Counted from the stretch's first letter, positions 1-11,305 are shown. The stretch: DNA of 64,000 nucleotides from an uncultured Ruminococcus sp. (GCA_900539465.1 UQCF01000010.1:20515-84514); one strand, 5' to 3'. Notes: generated by a model not told the origin, from the sequence alone. Made by a program: numbers and translations.

Positions 1-1763
1 CGGTAATCCTGACCCTCTTTATCCATACCGAAAGCGTTCCAGTTTGCGGGACGGAAAATCTTCTCTTCGGGCACATTATGAAGAGATACGGGGATTCTGA
101 GCATTGAGCACATTGTGATAATATCTGCGCCGATGTGACCGTAGGTTGAAGCACCGTGGTTTGCACCCCAGTTATTCATGAGGTCATATGCTGATTTGAA
201 TGCGCCCTTGCCTGTGAGTCTCGGAGCAAACCATGTGCAGGGCCATGTGTAGTCGGTTCTCTTCCAGAGTTTATCAGAAACCTCATCGGGAAGAGCAACA
301 TAATAACCCTCGCAAATCTGGATTGTGGGTCCAAGACCTTTTACAAGGTTTATACGAATCATTGTTGCGGGCATCTCGTGGTTTGTGATAAAGCGTGAAG
401 AGAATCCGCCGCCTCTGAAGTAGCCGTTGTCGGCTGCGTTCCATGTAGTGGCTTTGAGCATCTTTTCAACATCTTCATCAGTAACGTCATACCAGGGCTT
501 CATGCAATATTCGCCCTTGTCGTTCTGAAGCTCGCCGCAAGCGTCAAGGCAGGACGCACCGGAGTTGATAAGGTGGAGAAATCCGCCTGCTTCTTTTGCG
601 TGACCCTCTATATCATAGCCTGTAACTCTCTTAACGGATTCCGCACTCCAGTGAGTACGAACGTCTGAGAACATTGAGGGCTGGTTTGTAATAAGCTTTT
701 CAAAGAGCATTGAAATGCCGTTGAGAACATCGTTTTCCGTTGCAAGAACATACGGCTCTCTAACGCCGTTCCAGTCAAACGAAGTGTTGAGAAGAGCCTC
801 TGCAAAGTCTGCGTTCGGCCAATGGTCTGTCCACTGACGCTGACCCTGAATACCTGCTGCGATAGCGTTGTGACCGACTGCCTCTTCTTCACAGCCCTTG
901 GGAAGCTTATCGTTGCCGTTCATGAGGTCTTTGATAATAACCATCATCTTAACAACAAATTCCCAGTCTTTTTCTTTCTGCTCGTCTGATTTCTTTACAA
1001 AATCGGGGTTCTTGTCAAATCCCTCGGGGCAATGCTTTTTAGTCCATTCATATGCCTTTTTGTATTCTTCTTCATCATAGATATTCTCGTCCATTCGGCG
1101 AAGAATTTCTACCTCGTCAACAGACTCAACTCTCATGCCGAGATACTCTTCTATGAAATCGGGGTCAATGCTTGAGCCCGCGATACCCATGCAGATAGAG
1201 CCTATCTGAAGATATGATTTGCCTCTCATTGTTGCAACCGCAACAGCGGCGCGTGCAAAGCGAAGAAGCTTTTCTTTTACATCGTCTGTTATATTTTCGG
1301 AATCGTCTGCCTCCTGAACCTCTCTGCCGTAAATGCCGAATGCGGGAAGACCCTTTTGTGCATGTGCCGCAAGAACGGATGCAAGATAAACCGCACCGGG
1401 GCGCTCCGTTGCGTTAAAGCCCCATACGCCTTTGATGGTGTGAGGATCCATGTCCATTGTCTCTGAGCCGTAGCACCAGCAGGGAGTAACCGAAAGAGTG
1501 ATGTCAACGCCCTCTTTTTTAAACTGGTCGGCACATGCGGCAGCCTCTGCAACACGACCGATTGTTGTGTTTGAAATTACTACCTTAACGGGTTCTCCGT
1601 TTGTATATTTGAGGTTCTCAGTGAAAAGCTTAGCGGCCGCCTTTGCCATGCCCATAGTCTGCTCTTCAAGAGACTGTCTTACGCCGAGAGGGCCTCTTCT
1701 TGCGTCGATTATGGGACGGATACCGATTACCGGATAATCGCCAATAAATCTATTCTCTGCCAT
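1..1763 (-). CDS. fucI: L-fucose isomerase (C-terminus runs off the window start)
   Basis: Minus-strand frame is continuous from the ATG at 1761-1763 (RBS GGAATGG upstream) to position 1. The translation aligns along its length with E. coli FucI ([60 protein letters not shown]). The ORF track splits it only because of antisense ORFs. Confidence 0.85.
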   Translation of the reverse strand, partial: MAENRFIGDYPVIGIRPIIDARRGPLGVRQSLEEQTMGMAKAAAKLFTENLKYTNGEPVKVVISNTTIGRVAEAAACADQFKKEGVDITLSVTPCWCYGSETMDMDPHTIKGVWGFNATERPGAVYLASVLAAHAQKGLPAFGIYGREVQEADDSENITDDVKEKLLRFARAAVAVATMRGKSYLQIGSICMGIAGSSIDPDFIEEYLGMRVESVDEVEILRRMDENIYDEEEYKKAYEWTKKHCPEGFDKNPDFVKKSDEQKEKDWEFVVKMMVIIKDLMNGNDKLPKGCEEEAVGHNAIAAGIQGQRQWTDHWPNADFAEALLNTSFDWNGVREPYVLATENDVLNGISMLFEKLITNQPSMFSDVRTHWSAESVKRVTGYDIEGHAKEAGGFLHLINSGASCLDACGELQNDKGEYCMKPWYDVTDEDVEKMLKATTWNAADNGYFRGGGFSSRFITNHEMPATMIRINLVKGLGPTIQICEGYYVALPDEVSDKLWKRTDYTWPCTWFAPRLTGKGAFKSAYDLMNNWGANHGASTYGHIGADIITMCSMLRIPVSLHNVPEEKIFRPANWNAFGMDKEGQDY

Positions 1764-1892
1764 TTTAACCATTCCTTTCAAAATAAATAAGCAACATCTG
1801 TGCTCATTTATAATAATATCATTGATAAACGAATATTTCTTGTGTTATAATAGTTGTAAAATATGACAATATTCAGATTTTGGTGATAATTT

Positions 1893-2750
1893 ATGAAATA
1901 TCTTGACTACCGCGAAAATGTTGAGCACGGAACGTTTGATTTTCCCATAGCGCACTATAAGCTTGACCCACACCACCCGAAATATGAAATGATGCACCAC
2001 TGGCACCCGGAATGTGAAATAATAAGAGTAAACAAAGGCAAGCTGACTCTCACTCTCGGCTCAAAAGAAACAGTGGCAAAGCAAGGGGATATAGTTTATA
2101 TTACGGACGGCGTTACCCACTCCGGTCACCCAAGCGACGGATGCGAATATGAGTGCCTGGTTTTTGACGCTCGCGGCGTAACCTCCGGCAGTAAGGTAAA
2201 CATCAGACAAATGGAAAACGTGCTGAAGCACAAAAGAATTATAAACAGCATAATGAGCACAAGCGACAGCGAACTGAAAACAATAATTTCTTCTCTTTTT
2301 GATGCTATGAGCTTAATGTATCCGGGCTATGAATTCACGGTAACGGGCGCGCTCATGCAGTTTTACGGCTATGTTTTTAAAAATCACCTTTACAGCAACA
2401 CAGAGAGCGCAGGGTTTAAATCCGAAGAACAGCAGCTGATGCTGAAAGATGTTATAAACTACATAGAGCAAAATTATAACGAAAAAATAACACTCGCCGA
2501 CCTTTCGCAAAAAGCGGGAATGAGCCCCAAATATTTTTGCTCGGTATTTTATAAGATGACAAGAAAAACTCCGATAGAATATATAAACGCCTACCGAATA
2601 GAATGTGCCTGCGAAAAGCTGATAACTACCGAAGACAGCGTAACCGATGTTGCGCTGCTTTGCGGATTTAACGATGTCAGCTATTTCACAAAAACATTTA
2701 AAAAGCACAAAAATATGACGCCGCTGCGTTATAGGCGAAGCGACGTCTGA
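1893..2750 (+). CDS. AraC family transcriptional regulator (cupin-like N-terminal sugar-binding domain plus C-terminal AraC HTH)
   Basis: C-terminal region LADLSQKAGMSPKYFCSVFYK..YINAYRIECACEKL..DVALLCGFNDVSYFTKTFKK is a typical AraC-type dual HTH. It is divergent from fucI and shares a promoter region with it. Confidence 0.8.
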   Translation: MKYLDYRENVEHGTFDFPIAHYKLDPHHPKYEMMHHWHPECEIIRVNKGKLTLTLGSKETVAKQGDIVYITDGVTHSGHPSDGCEYECLVFDARGVTSGSKVNIRQMENVLKHKRIINSIMSTSDSELKTIISSLFDAMSLMYPGYEFTVTGALMQFYGYVFKNHLYSNTESAGFKSEEQQLMLKDVINYIEQNYNEKITLADLSQKAGMSPKYFCSVFYKMTRKTPIEYINAYRIECACEKLITTEDSVTDVALLCGFNDVSYFTKTFKKHKNMTPLRYRRSDV

Positions 2751-2754
2751 AAGT

Positions 2755-5172
2755 TTATTCGATTATAAGCTCTTCTTTTATTTTGCCGTCTGCTTTTATA
2801 CGGACGGTTTTTATTTCTTGCGGAGCGAAATCCGGCTCAAATTCGGTGTTCAAAGTATTAAAGCTGATTTTTGCCTTTGTCCTCTCCCCCGCACATTCCA
2901 CAATTCTTAAAATTATACCGTCGCCGTCTTCGGCGGGTTTTACTGCGGTTACAACGATATTATCTTTATCAATATTCAGTGCAGAGAATACTTCGGGTAA
3001 AGTACCGTCATGGTGCGTCTCTTGCTGAACCGAGAGCGGCGTATTCAAAAGCTCCGAACGTTTAAACAGGTATGAATTTATATTTTTAGTGTGCGGAACT
3101 ATCTCATAGCAAAACTCCTGCTCGCCTTTATCCAAAAACTGCATTTCACCGTCACGGTATTTTTGACCGAAATGGTCAAGATAAGCGCATCCTCTTGCCG
3201 TCATCATCCTAAGGTCATTGCCGCAGGCACAAAAGCTGTATTTGCAGTCATTTATAATTCCGAGTCCCACACCGTTTCTGTCATGAATGTCAGTCCATGC
3301 GTGCGAGGGCTCCTCCTGCGAGTTCGCGTCTTTTTCTATAAATCCGTACGGCATTGAATATGTAACGCTCGGCTCTTGAAGCGCAGTTTCAAAGCACAGC
3401 TTCATAAGTTTATATTCTTCGTCAAAATCAAGTCTGCACTTTACAAAAAGGCTGTCCGACTCCGAATAAAGAGAATAGTATCTTATAAAGACAGAATTGT
3501 TATACTTAACTGTGGATTTAATTGTCGCCCTTATGGGGCCGTTTTCGATAACCTCACATTTTCCGCCGCCGAAAGAGCCGATTTCATCGTTAAACTCGGT
3601 CACGGCATGAGCCCATGTGTCATTTTTAATATCATTGCAAATTATGGCTCTGCCGAGTTTTTCTCCCGCAAAATTTTTACCGCTTCTTTTATCCGTAAGT
3701 TTTATGACAGCTCCGCTTTCTTCATCAATTTCGGCACGAAGAAAGCGGTTTTCTATATAATTTTTACCTGCCGAAACATCTGTATCAAAAGCCGTTTCGG
3801 CAGAATACTCTTCTTTTTTGTAAAGATAAAAAACCTTGTAGCCGTATGCCGGAATATCAGCTTTAAAAAGACATTTGAGATAAGTGCCGCCGTCGGTATA
3901 TGAGGCTCTGACAAGCTGGAACGGAACATCGTTTCCGTCACAGTCAACTACTCTCGAGACACGCTGCGTTCCGAATGAAGCGTATGAACTCACGGGGAAT
4001 GAATGGGGGTTAAACACAACAATCGGCGCACCTTCGCCCTCACGGTACCACATTCTGTCGCGCATTTCATACTCACAGGCATTTAAAAAATCGGTGGTTT
4101 TTATTCGCCAAGATATTTTTTGCTGTGCGAATGTGCCTATTTCAAGGGCTGTTTCGCGGGCATATCCGAAAGCATTCAGTGCGTCTGTATATGCCTCTTT
4201 AATTGAGCAGCCCGCAAGTATATCGTGGAACTGATTGAACATCACTCTCTCCCACGCCGAAGATATTGAATTTTTGTGTGTTTCGGATGAAGTGAGCAAA
4301 GATGAGAGCACATCAAATTTTTCTGCCGAAACAAGCTCACATTCGGCACGTCTGTTAGCGGATTTTATCGCACTGTTTGCGCTGTAACATCCGCTTGCAT
4401 GGTGCTGGAAATCCTCGGTCACCGTCGGCATATCATCGTCAACCTCATTAAAATATTCATCGGGCACGGCATATTTGAAATCATCGTTTTTCACAAGCTT
4501 TTCGGCACTGTTAAGATGTTCTTTAGACGGACCGCCGCCGTGATTGCCTATACCGTAAAAGAGCATTTGAGACTGCGATTTTTCACGGTATCTGTCAATT
4601 CTCTCTTCACGCAAATCATCGCCGTAGCCGTCAAGAATTCTGAATGCTTTAACTCGGCTCCCGTCGGGGCTTTGCCAAATATGAAGATTTTCACTCGGCA
4701 AAGAGGGCTTCTCGGCTTCTCTGTTCGGTCTCATATAAACATAATTGTCAATTCCCGATTTTTTGAGCAATTGCGGCAACATTCCGTTATGACCGAAAGA
4801 ATCAACATTGTAGCCCGTTTTTGCAATGCTGCCGAAATTCTCTTTAAAAAACTTTTGAGAGTATAAAAGATGGCGGCAAAACGCTTCGCCGGACGGTATG
4901 TTGCAATCGGGCTGAACCCACATTCCGCCGGTTACGCCCCACCTGCCCTCTTTAACTCTTTCTTTAATCTCTTCAAACATTTCGGGTTCACTGAGCTTTA
5001 TCCATTTGTAATAAGAGGCGCACGCGCTCGTAAATTTATAATCGGGGTATTCTTTCATTCTGTCAAGAGCGGAACGGAAAGTTGATTTAACCAAAGAAAG
5101 CCCCTCGGGAGCCTGCCACTGCCACACCGGGTCAAGGTGAGCGTTGCCGATAAGATAATATGTTTTTTTCAT
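2755..5172 (-). CDS. Glycoside hydrolase family 38 alpha-mannosidase
   Basis: N-terminus MKKTYYLIGNAHLDPVWQW, GH38 catalytic-region motifs, about 800 aa. Start set at the internal ATG 5170-5172, which is preceded by GGAGG; the longer 5226 ORF start lacks an RBS. Confidence 0.8.
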   Translation of the reverse strand: MKKTYYLIGNAHLDPVWQWQAPEGLSLVKSTFRSALDRMKEYPDYKFTSACASYYKWIKLSEPEMFEEIKERVKEGRWGVTGGMWVQPDCNIPSGEAFCRHLLYSQKFFKENFGSIAKTGYNVDSFGHNGMLPQLLKKSGIDNYVYMRPNREAEKPSLPSENLHIWQSPDGSRVKAFRILDGYGDDLREERIDRYREKSQSQMLFYGIGNHGGGPSKEHLNSAEKLVKNDDFKYAVPDEYFNEVDDDMPTVTEDFQHHASGCYSANSAIKSANRRAECELVSAEKFDVLSSLLTSSETHKNSISSAWERVMFNQFHDILAGCSIKEAYTDALNAFGYARETALEIGTFAQQKISWRIKTTDFLNACEYEMRDRMWYREGEGAPIVVFNPHSFPVSSYASFGTQRVSRVVDCDGNDVPFQLVRASYTDGGTYLKCLFKADIPAYGYKVFYLYKKEEYSAETAFDTDVSAGKNYIENRFLRAEIDEESGAVIKLTDKRSGKNFAGEKLGRAIICNDIKNDTWAHAVTEFNDEIGSFGGGKCEVIENGPIRATIKSTVKYNNSVFIRYYSLYSESDSLFVKCRLDFDEEYKLMKLCFETALQEPSVTYSMPYGFIEKDANSQEEPSHAWTDIHDRNGVGLGIINDCKYSFCACGNDLRMMTARGCAYLDHFGQKYRDGEMQFLDKGEQEFCYEIVPHTKNINSYLFKRSELLNTPLSVQQETHHDGTLPEVFSALNIDKDNIVVTAVKPAEDGDGIILRIVECAGERTKAKISFNTLNTEFEPDFAPQEIKTVRIKADGKIKEELIIE

Positions 5173-5248
5173 AAACCGAGCCTCCTTACTTAATGCCAGT
5201 TTACAAAAGAATCTGCCGCATGTCAATACACACGGCAGATTTTAAAAA

Positions 5249-6847
5249 TTATAATGTTTCAAATATTTTTGCGCCTTTTGTGTTTATCCACCTAAACAGC
5301 AGTGCCGAGATTGCGGCAATAATCACGCTGGCCGAAGCAAAATATATATCCGCGTTCATGTGCCCGTAAAGCAGCAAATACGGTGCGCCGATAACCGCGG
5401 CTATTACCCAGCCGCCAAAAATAACGCTCATTATACTTATGCTTTGTTTCACCGCGACAGCTTCGCTCGTCCATGTGAGATTAGGCTTTTTGATGTTTAT
5501 CGCAAGCCCGAACAGACCTAAAAATACAGCAAAAACCAAGGGCAGAATAATCGTCAAAGCCGCCGAGACGGCATCCGCCTTGATTGCAATGCAGGCGCAT
5601 ATGCTGCAAAACAAAACCGGCGGCAAAGTCATAAGCAAATGAAAGAAGATTTTTGCTTTAAGAGCCTGTTTTGCCGTTACGGGCAAAGACTGCAAAATCC
5701 AAAGGCTCTTGCCCTCAAGAGATACGGACGGAGCCGATATGTCATTCATTGTGCTTATCATGCAAATTGCAAGCATTGCAATAACAGCGACAAAGCTCTT
5801 ATCCCACTCAAGCATACCCAATAGAGTCTCACGCACCCAATTTGTTTTTATTAAAACAATTATGCCTGCCGCGAGTAAAAACAGCGTTCCGAGTCCGCAG
5901 TTAAGCATATAAGTCGGGCTTGAGAAAAAGTGACTGCTCTCTTTGCTGAGCAAAGCAGAAAACGCACTTTTGCGTTTAACTTTCTTCTCGCGGTATTTAA
6001 TCTTATCCTCATTGCCGGAAGAAGTTGCAATATTTATAAAGCTGTGTGCAATTATATAATATATAACCGCAAAGAGCAAAAGCACCGCGGCAACAATTAT
6101 GAGCAGTGCCAAAAGGTCACCGGCTGCGGCTTTGCCTGCAATATAAAGAGGATATGCCGCGCCCTTTATTTTTTCGCCTATTACGTCAACATTTTTTATT
6201 ATGCTTTGCAAAAGATTATAGGCATTCATATAAACATAATAATATGCGGCGAAAAACACAAGCGACACCGCAACTGTGACGAGGCTCTTTTTCTTTAATT
6301 TATCGCTTATTTTTGCAACAAGCCAGCCGAAAACGCATGACATCGCGAGGACGAAAACCGACACGTTAATGACTGAGACAACACTGCCTATGACTGCCGA
6401 TACGGTTAAATCAGCATATATAAAATAGACAATAACGGCGGGAATCATCACGATTGCGGAATACATAAAGCTCATAACATATACGCCCACAAGCCTTACC
6501 GCAAGTATGTATTTTGCAGGTATCGGCATTGAGAGCAGCATATCGTTATCTTTTGCTTTATAAAGGCTCGCATATGTGTTAAAAACACTGCCGAATATAC
6601 CGAGCATAATTGCAATGAGCTTCATCATTGAAAAATAAAGCCAGTCATACCCGAGCGAAACAAACTGCGGGCAAAGGCTCGCGGCAAGGAACGAGAACAT
6701 TCCGCCGAGCACACCGACCATTAGAAGAATATAAAATACAATAAATGCCGTGCTTGAAGCTTTTGAGCGCAGAGTTCCTTTTTTAGGGTCAAAAAAGAAA
6801 TTGCGGTTAAGCTCAAAAAGCTGTTTCTTTAAAAGTACTTTCAGCAT
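5249..6847 (-). CDS. ABC exporter permease, large multi-span membrane subunit
   Basis: 532 aa, many predicted TM helices. Overlaps by 7 nt the downstream ATPase gene 6841-7554, suggesting translational coupling. Confidence 0.6.
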   Translation of the reverse strand: MLKVLLKKQLFELNRNFFFDPKKGTLRSKASSTAFIVFYILLMVGVLGGMFSFLAASLCPQFVSLGYDWLYFSMMKLIAIMLGIFGSVFNTYASLYKAKDNDMLLSMPIPAKYILAVRLVGVYVMSFMYSAIVMIPAVIVYFIYADLTVSAVIGSVVSVINVSVFVLAMSCVFGWLVAKISDKLKKKSLVTVAVSLVFFAAYYYVYMNAYNLLQSIIKNVDVIGEKIKGAAYPLYIAGKAAAGDLLALLIIVAAVLLLFAVIYYIIAHSFINIATSSGNEDKIKYREKKVKRKSAFSALLSKESSHFFSSPTYMLNCGLGTLFLLAAGIIVLIKTNWVRETLLGMLEWDKSFVAVIAMLAICMISTMNDISAPSVSLEGKSLWILQSLPVTAKQALKAKIFFHLLMTLPPVLFCSICACIAIKADAVSAALTIILPLVFAVFLGLFGLAINIKKPNLTWTSEAVAVKQSISIMSVIFGGWVIAAVIGAPYLLLYGHMNADIYFASASVIIAAISALLFRWINTKGAKIFETL

Positions 6848-7554
6848 TTTTCTCCCTCCAGCTCGAGGAATACATCTTCAAGACTTGTGTCGCCCTTGAC
6901 CTCGTCCATTGTACCCGAGCGGATAAGCACACCGTTTTTGATTATGGCTACCTTATCACAGAGCTTTTCGGCAACCTCAAGAACATGGGTTGAGAAAAAT
7001 ATTGCTCCGCCCTCTTCGCATTTTTCTCTCATCATTCCTTTTAAAAGATGTGCGGCTTTCGGGTCAAGACCCACAAACGGTTCATCCATAATAATAAGCC
7101 TCGGGTCATGAATCCATGCAGAGATTATCGCAAGCTTTTGCTTCATACCGTGAGAATAAGCAGAAACAGGCTGTGCAAGATCTGCGGTTATTTCAAACAT
7201 ATCGGCATATTTTTTTATTCTCTCCTGCCTCAAATCCGAACCGACTTCAAAAATATCTGCGATAAAGTTAAGATATTTTATACCTGACATATACTCATAA
7301 ATATCGGGATTATCGGGGATATAAGCCATTTGCTTTTTACAGGCAACAGGGTTGTCTTTTACAGATATTCCTCCGACGCTGATTTCACCCGAGTCAAAGC
7401 GAAGTATGCCTACCGAAGCTTTGAGAGTTGTTGTTTTACCTGCTCCGTTGTGACCGATAAAGCCGTATATTTCACCGGGAGCAATATGTAGCGACAAATC
7501 GTCAACCGCCTTTTTATCGCCGTAAGTTTTTGTAAGATGCTGAATATTAAGCAT
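6841..7554 (-). CDS. ABC transporter ATP-binding protein
   Basis: Walker A GHNGAGKTTT, ABC signature and Walker B LIIMDEP; 237 aa. Confidence 0.85.
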   Translation of the reverse strand: MLNIQHLTKTYGDKKAVDDLSLHIAPGEIYGFIGHNGAGKTTTLKASVGILRFDSGEISVGGISVKDNPVACKKQMAYIPDNPDIYEYMSGIKYLNFIADIFEVGSDLRQERIKKYADMFEITADLAQPVSAYSHGMKQKLAIISAWIHDPRLIIMDEPFVGLDPKAAHLLKGMMREKCEEGGAIFFSTHVLEVAEKLCDKVAIIKNGVLIRSGTMDEVKGDTSLEDVFLELEGEKC

Positions 7555-7566
7555 AATATTTTCCTT

Positions 7567-8457
7567 TCAGTTATTTATCTTTTTCAGCTTGTTCATAAGT
7601 ATATATAAGAGCACAAATAAAGCGATTGCGCCGCAAAGCACACAATACATCATGTCTGTTCCGACCTTTCGGTCAAAGAAAAACAAAGTGCAATCTATTG
7701 ACTTTTTGATTTCTTCTATTGCGGCAAGCGGTATATGCTCTTTTTGCATCTCTCTGAAAATTCCGCCGAGGCAATGTCCGCGCAAAAGCACTGTGCCGTA
7801 TGTTCCCGGTAAAAAAGAAAGAATTTTTTGAAGCATGGGCGAAAAGTTTGATATCGGCATATAAGCACCGCATACAAAGCCGTAGCCCGCGCTTACTACC
7901 GTGCCGACCGCCGAAGCCTGCCCGTTTGTGGAAAGAAAGAAATTGACGCAGGAAGAAAGCGACGTTCCGAACAAGGTGAGCAGCAAAACATCAAGCATTA
8001 TCAAAAGTACGTCTTTAAAATTCATATACCAGCCGGTTTTAAGCATGTATATAAAGCACACTGCCAAAGCGGTAAAGCTGATTACAAGAGTATTAACGGC
8101 AGAAGCTAAAAAGTAGCTCAAAGCAAGAGTTGATTTTTTAACAGGTGAAACGGTTATGTCTTTTCTCGCGCCGCTTGTTTTATCCTGCACTATAAGCAAA
8201 TTGGAGCAAAATGAAACCGTTACGCAGCTCACCGCCAAAAGAGAAGACACAAGCTGACCGCCGACAAGCGCATTTATTATACCGTCCGAAATCACGCCCG
8301 AAAATGCGGAATTAAAGCTGTTGCGATATACGCCCGCTAAAAAAGTAACATAAAGCACAAGCAAAATTATAGGTGTGATAAGCGAAGAAAAGAACATTCC
8401 CTTATCTTTAAAAAAGAGCTTTATATTTCTTTTAATAAGATTGCCGAGGCCCGTCAT
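7567..8457 (-). CDS. ABC-2 family transporter permease
   Basis: 296 aa, six predicted TM helices. Overlaps by 4 nt the ATPase gene 8454-9368. Confidence 0.65.
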   Translation of the reverse strand: MTGLGNLIKRNIKLFFKDKGMFFSSLITPIILLVLYVTFLAGVYRNSFNSAFSGVISDGIINALVGGQLVSSLLAVSCVTVSFCSNLLIVQDKTSGARKDITVSPVKKSTLALSYFLASAVNTLVISFTALAVCFIYMLKTGWYMNFKDVLLIMLDVLLLTLFGTSLSSCVNFFLSTNGQASAVGTVVSAGYGFVCGAYMPISNFSPMLQKILSFLPGTYGTVLLRGHCLGGIFREMQKEHIPLAAIEEIKKSIDCTLFFFDRKVGTDMMYCVLCGAIALFVLLYILMNKLKKINN

Positions 8458-9368
8458 TTCTCATCACCTCCGGTAAGCTTTTTGCCTGTGACGGCAAGAA
8501 AAACATCATCCATTTTTCCTTTTGTTATTTCATAATCCGAGAAAAGCTCGGGGTGAGAAATTATCAGCTTTGTTGCCTCCGATGTATTCGGCACAGAAAG
8601 CTTTATCGCACCGTGAGCTTTTTCATACGGCACAGAAAGAGCCGATATTTTATTTTCATCTGCGCCGTAAAGAGTTACAAAGTCGCCCGTGTACTTATTT
8701 TTAAGCTCCAGCGGCGTTCCCTCTGCGGCGATTTTTCCGCTGTCGATAATCGTTACATAGTCGGCGTCCGCGGCCTCCTCCATATAATGCGTCGTGAGAA
8801 AAACCGTCATATTTTCGCTTTCACGGAGCTTTTGAACAACACTCCATAAAAGCACTCTTGTCTGAGGGTCAAGACCTGTTGTTGGCTCGTCGAGTATCAA
8901 TATTTTAGGCTTATGAATCAAAGCCCTTGCAATATCAATCCGCCTTCTTTGACCGCCGGAGAGCTTGCCTACCGTTCGGTTTAAAAGATCGCCGAAATCA
9001 AGAAGAGCGGAAAGCTCCTTAAGTCTTTCTTTAAAGGTGCTGCCGGTGATACCGTACAAAGCCGCTCTGCTTTTTAAGTTATCTTTTACACTTAGGGATT
9101 TATCAAGCACCGATGACTGAAAAACAACGCCGAGTGCATGCGAAATTTTACGCATATCATCGTCAATATTTTTTCCGCAAACGGTGACGCTGCCGCTGTC
9201 TTTTGGCATTTGACCGCTCAGCACCGAAATCGTTGTGGACTTGCCCGCACCGTTCACTCCGAGAAACGCAAATAATTCGCCCTCGCGAACCTTTAAAGAA
9301 AGGTCATTTACGGCTTTTATATCGCCGAAGGATTTGTTTAAGTGATCAATTTCAATTATATTATTCAA
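8454..9368 (-). CDS. ABC transporter ATP-binding protein
   Basis: Walker A GVNGAGKSTT, signature LSGGQRRR, Walker B ILILDEPTTGLD; 304 aa. Confidence 0.85.
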   Translation of the reverse strand: MNNIIEIDHLNKSFGDIKAVNDLSLKVREGELFAFLGVNGAGKSTTISVLSGQMPKDSGSVTVCGKNIDDDMRKISHALGVVFQSSVLDKSLSVKDNLKSRAALYGITGSTFKERLKELSALLDFGDLLNRTVGKLSGGQRRRIDIARALIHKPKILILDEPTTGLDPQTRVLLWSVVQKLRESENMTVFLTTHYMEEAADADYVTIIDSGKIAAEGTPLELKNKYTGDFVTLYGADENKISALSVPYEKAHGAIKLSVPNTSEATKLIISHPELFSDYEITKGKMDDVFLAVTGKKLTGGDEK

Positions 9369-9385
9369 AAAATCACCCCACAGTG

Positions 9386-10042
9386 TTATTCACTTAAATC
9401 AGGATGTTTAGCCTGAATGTAATTACTTTCGTCGCTTCCGAGCTCGGCAGGCTTAACAGACGCTATTTCGGCAATGTCGGAATGAATTATATATATCATC
9501 CCTCTGAAAATTTCGCCGAGCTGAACGGCAATCTCATCATCCGAAAATGAGCATACGCCCTCTGCGCTCAAGACACAAAGGCCGTAGGTGTATATCCACA
9601 TCTGCTTAAAAAGGTGCTCTGCACGGCTGCGGTCGGCATGATAATCACGCATAATTATTTTTATATCGTCTTCTTTGCCAAACGGAATTATATCCATAAC
9701 CTCGTCAAAATCGCCTATTTTAAGGCTCTTTTGCATAAATAAAAGATTGAACAGCATAGGCTCTTCTCTCGCAAATTTCACCCACTGCATACCGCGCATC
9801 TTATATGCGGGGTTATAATTTTCGGCAACTGCCATGTATGCATCAAAGCATGACTTTGCCTTTTTTTGAACCTCTGATTTAAGTTCTTCCATATCGCTGA
9901 AAAAAGTGAATATGGGTGATGACGACGTGCCGAGGCTTTTGCCCACCTCTCTGGCAGTAAGGGCGTTTTCTCCGCCGAGCCTTACCAATTCATATGCCGA
10001 GTTTATAATTTCTTCTTTTGTAAATTTGGGTTTTGGCGGCAT
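9386..10042 (-). CDS. TetR/AcrR family transcriptional regulator
   Basis: N-terminal HTH EEIINSAYELVRLGGENALTAREVGKSLGTSSSPIFTFF. Sits immediately upstream of the two ABC exporter pairs on the same strand. Confidence 0.75.
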   Translation of the reverse strand: MPPKPKFTKEEIINSAYELVRLGGENALTAREVGKSLGTSSSPIFTFFSDMEELKSEVQKKAKSCFDAYMAVAENYNPAYKMRGMQWVKFAREEPMLFNLLFMQKSLKIGDFDEVMDIIPFGKEDDIKIIMRDYHADRSRAEHLFKQMWIYTYGLCVLSAEGVCSFSDDEIAVQLGEIFRGMIYIIHSDIAEIASVKPAELGSDESNYIQAKHPDLSE

Positions 10043-10192
10043 AATATTCCTCCTGTTCGGTGTTATGTAACTTATGTTATAAAACCTATGTTTTAATTAT
10101 ATATCCGCTTTTTCTTTTTGTCAATATTTATATTGCAATAGAATAAAAATTCATGTAAAATATAGGTGTATATAAAAGGAGCTGTTAAGCCG

Positions 10193-11305
10193 ATGAAAAA
10201 CACGTCCGATTTAAATATAAGGAGCGGCAATTTGAGAGAGTCGAATTTTGAGCTGCTCAGAATAATATCCATGATTTTTATAATCGCATATCACCTCGTC
10301 TACTACACCGGTGTAAATATATTTACACAGCCCACCGAAATCAACAAGCTGTGGCTGCTGTTTATTATGCTCGGCGGAAAAGTCGGCGTAAATGCTTTTG
10401 TTCTTATATCCGGCTATTTTTCAGTCACCGCCAAAAATTTTAAAACAAGCAAAGCGTTAAAGCTATGGACGCAGATATTCACATATTCCGTTGTGATATT
10501 TGCCTTGTTTTTATCTCTTCGTGCAGAGCCGTTCAGCATAAAAGGGCTTGCAAAAGCAGTATTTCCGATAACATTCTCAGAGTGGTGGTTTGCAAGCGCA
10601 TTTTTTGTGATGTATTTGCTCTCACCGTTTATAAACAAAATGCTTCTCGCATTTGATAAGAAAACTTATATCAAATATCTGGCAATTTTAACATTCGGCT
10701 GGTGCATAATACCGAGCATTTTCGGCGTCGCATGGCAATGCAACGAGCTTTTGTGGTTTATCTTTTTATACTCTTTGGCAGGTTATGTTCGCCTTCATGC
10801 AAAAACGACATCCGTTAAAAGCAGAACGTATATTTTGTTTTCGCTGCTCTTTGCAATGCTGACATTTGTCTCGGCTTTGGTCTTTGAAATTCTCGGTAAA
10901 AAAACAGACCTGTTTGCATCGCGTATAATGTTTTATTACAACTCAGCAAGGCTTCCGTTGGCGGCGGCATCGCTTTTATTGTTTTTGGGCTTTAGAAAAA
11001 TAAATATCGGTCACAAAAAAATTATCAATATAATCGCTTCCGCCACTTTCGGGGTATATTTGCTGCACGACAATTATCTTATTCGCGATCTTTTATGGAA
11101 AAAGCTATTCAAAACCGCCGATTTGCTTCAAAGCAATGTATTGATTCCTTACACGATAATGGCAATCGCTGCAGTATTTGCCGCGTGCACAGTAATTGAA
11201 CTTATAAGAATTTACGCCCTTGAAAAAAACTATATGAAAATTATCAACAGGCTATCTTCGTTTATCGACTCAAAAATCGAAAAAATTTTATCTTCACATT
11301 TATAA
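10193..11305 (+). CDS. Acyltransferase family 3 (OatA-like) integral membrane protein
   Basis: Poly-TM protein with a conserved N-terminal histidine region (IISMIFIIAYHLVYYTG). Start at ATG 10193, preceded by AAAGGAG. Confidence 0.7.
   Translation: MKNTSDLNIRSGNLRESNFELLRIISMIFIIAYHLVYYTGVNIFTQPTEINKLWLLFIMLGGKVGVNAFVLISGYFSVTAKNFKTSKALKLWTQIFTYSVVIFALFLSLRAEPFSIKGLAKAVFPITFSEWWFASAFFVMYLLSPFINKMLLAFDKKTYIKYLAILTFGWCIIPSIFGVAWQCNELLWFIFLYSLAGYVRLHAKTTSVKSRTYILFSLLFAMLTFVSALVFEILGKKTDLFASRIMFYYNSARLPLAAASLLLFLGFRKINIGHKKIINIIASATFGVYLLHDNYLIRDLLWKKLFKTADLLQSNVLIPYTIMAIAAVFAACTVIELIRIYALEKNYMKIINRLSSFIDSKIEKILSSHL

Noticed and set aside
608-1737. Five short ORFs (60-94 aa) listed inside 1-1763 on both strands
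   Set aside because: They are antisense or out-of-frame to the continuous minus-strand fucI reading frame, which is supported along its whole length by similarity to FucI.
5173-5226. N-terminal extension of the GH38 ORF (MTCGRFFCKLALSKEARF...)
   Set aside because: It has no RBS, whereas the internal ATG at 5172 is preceded by GGAGG and begins the conserved GH38 N-terminus.
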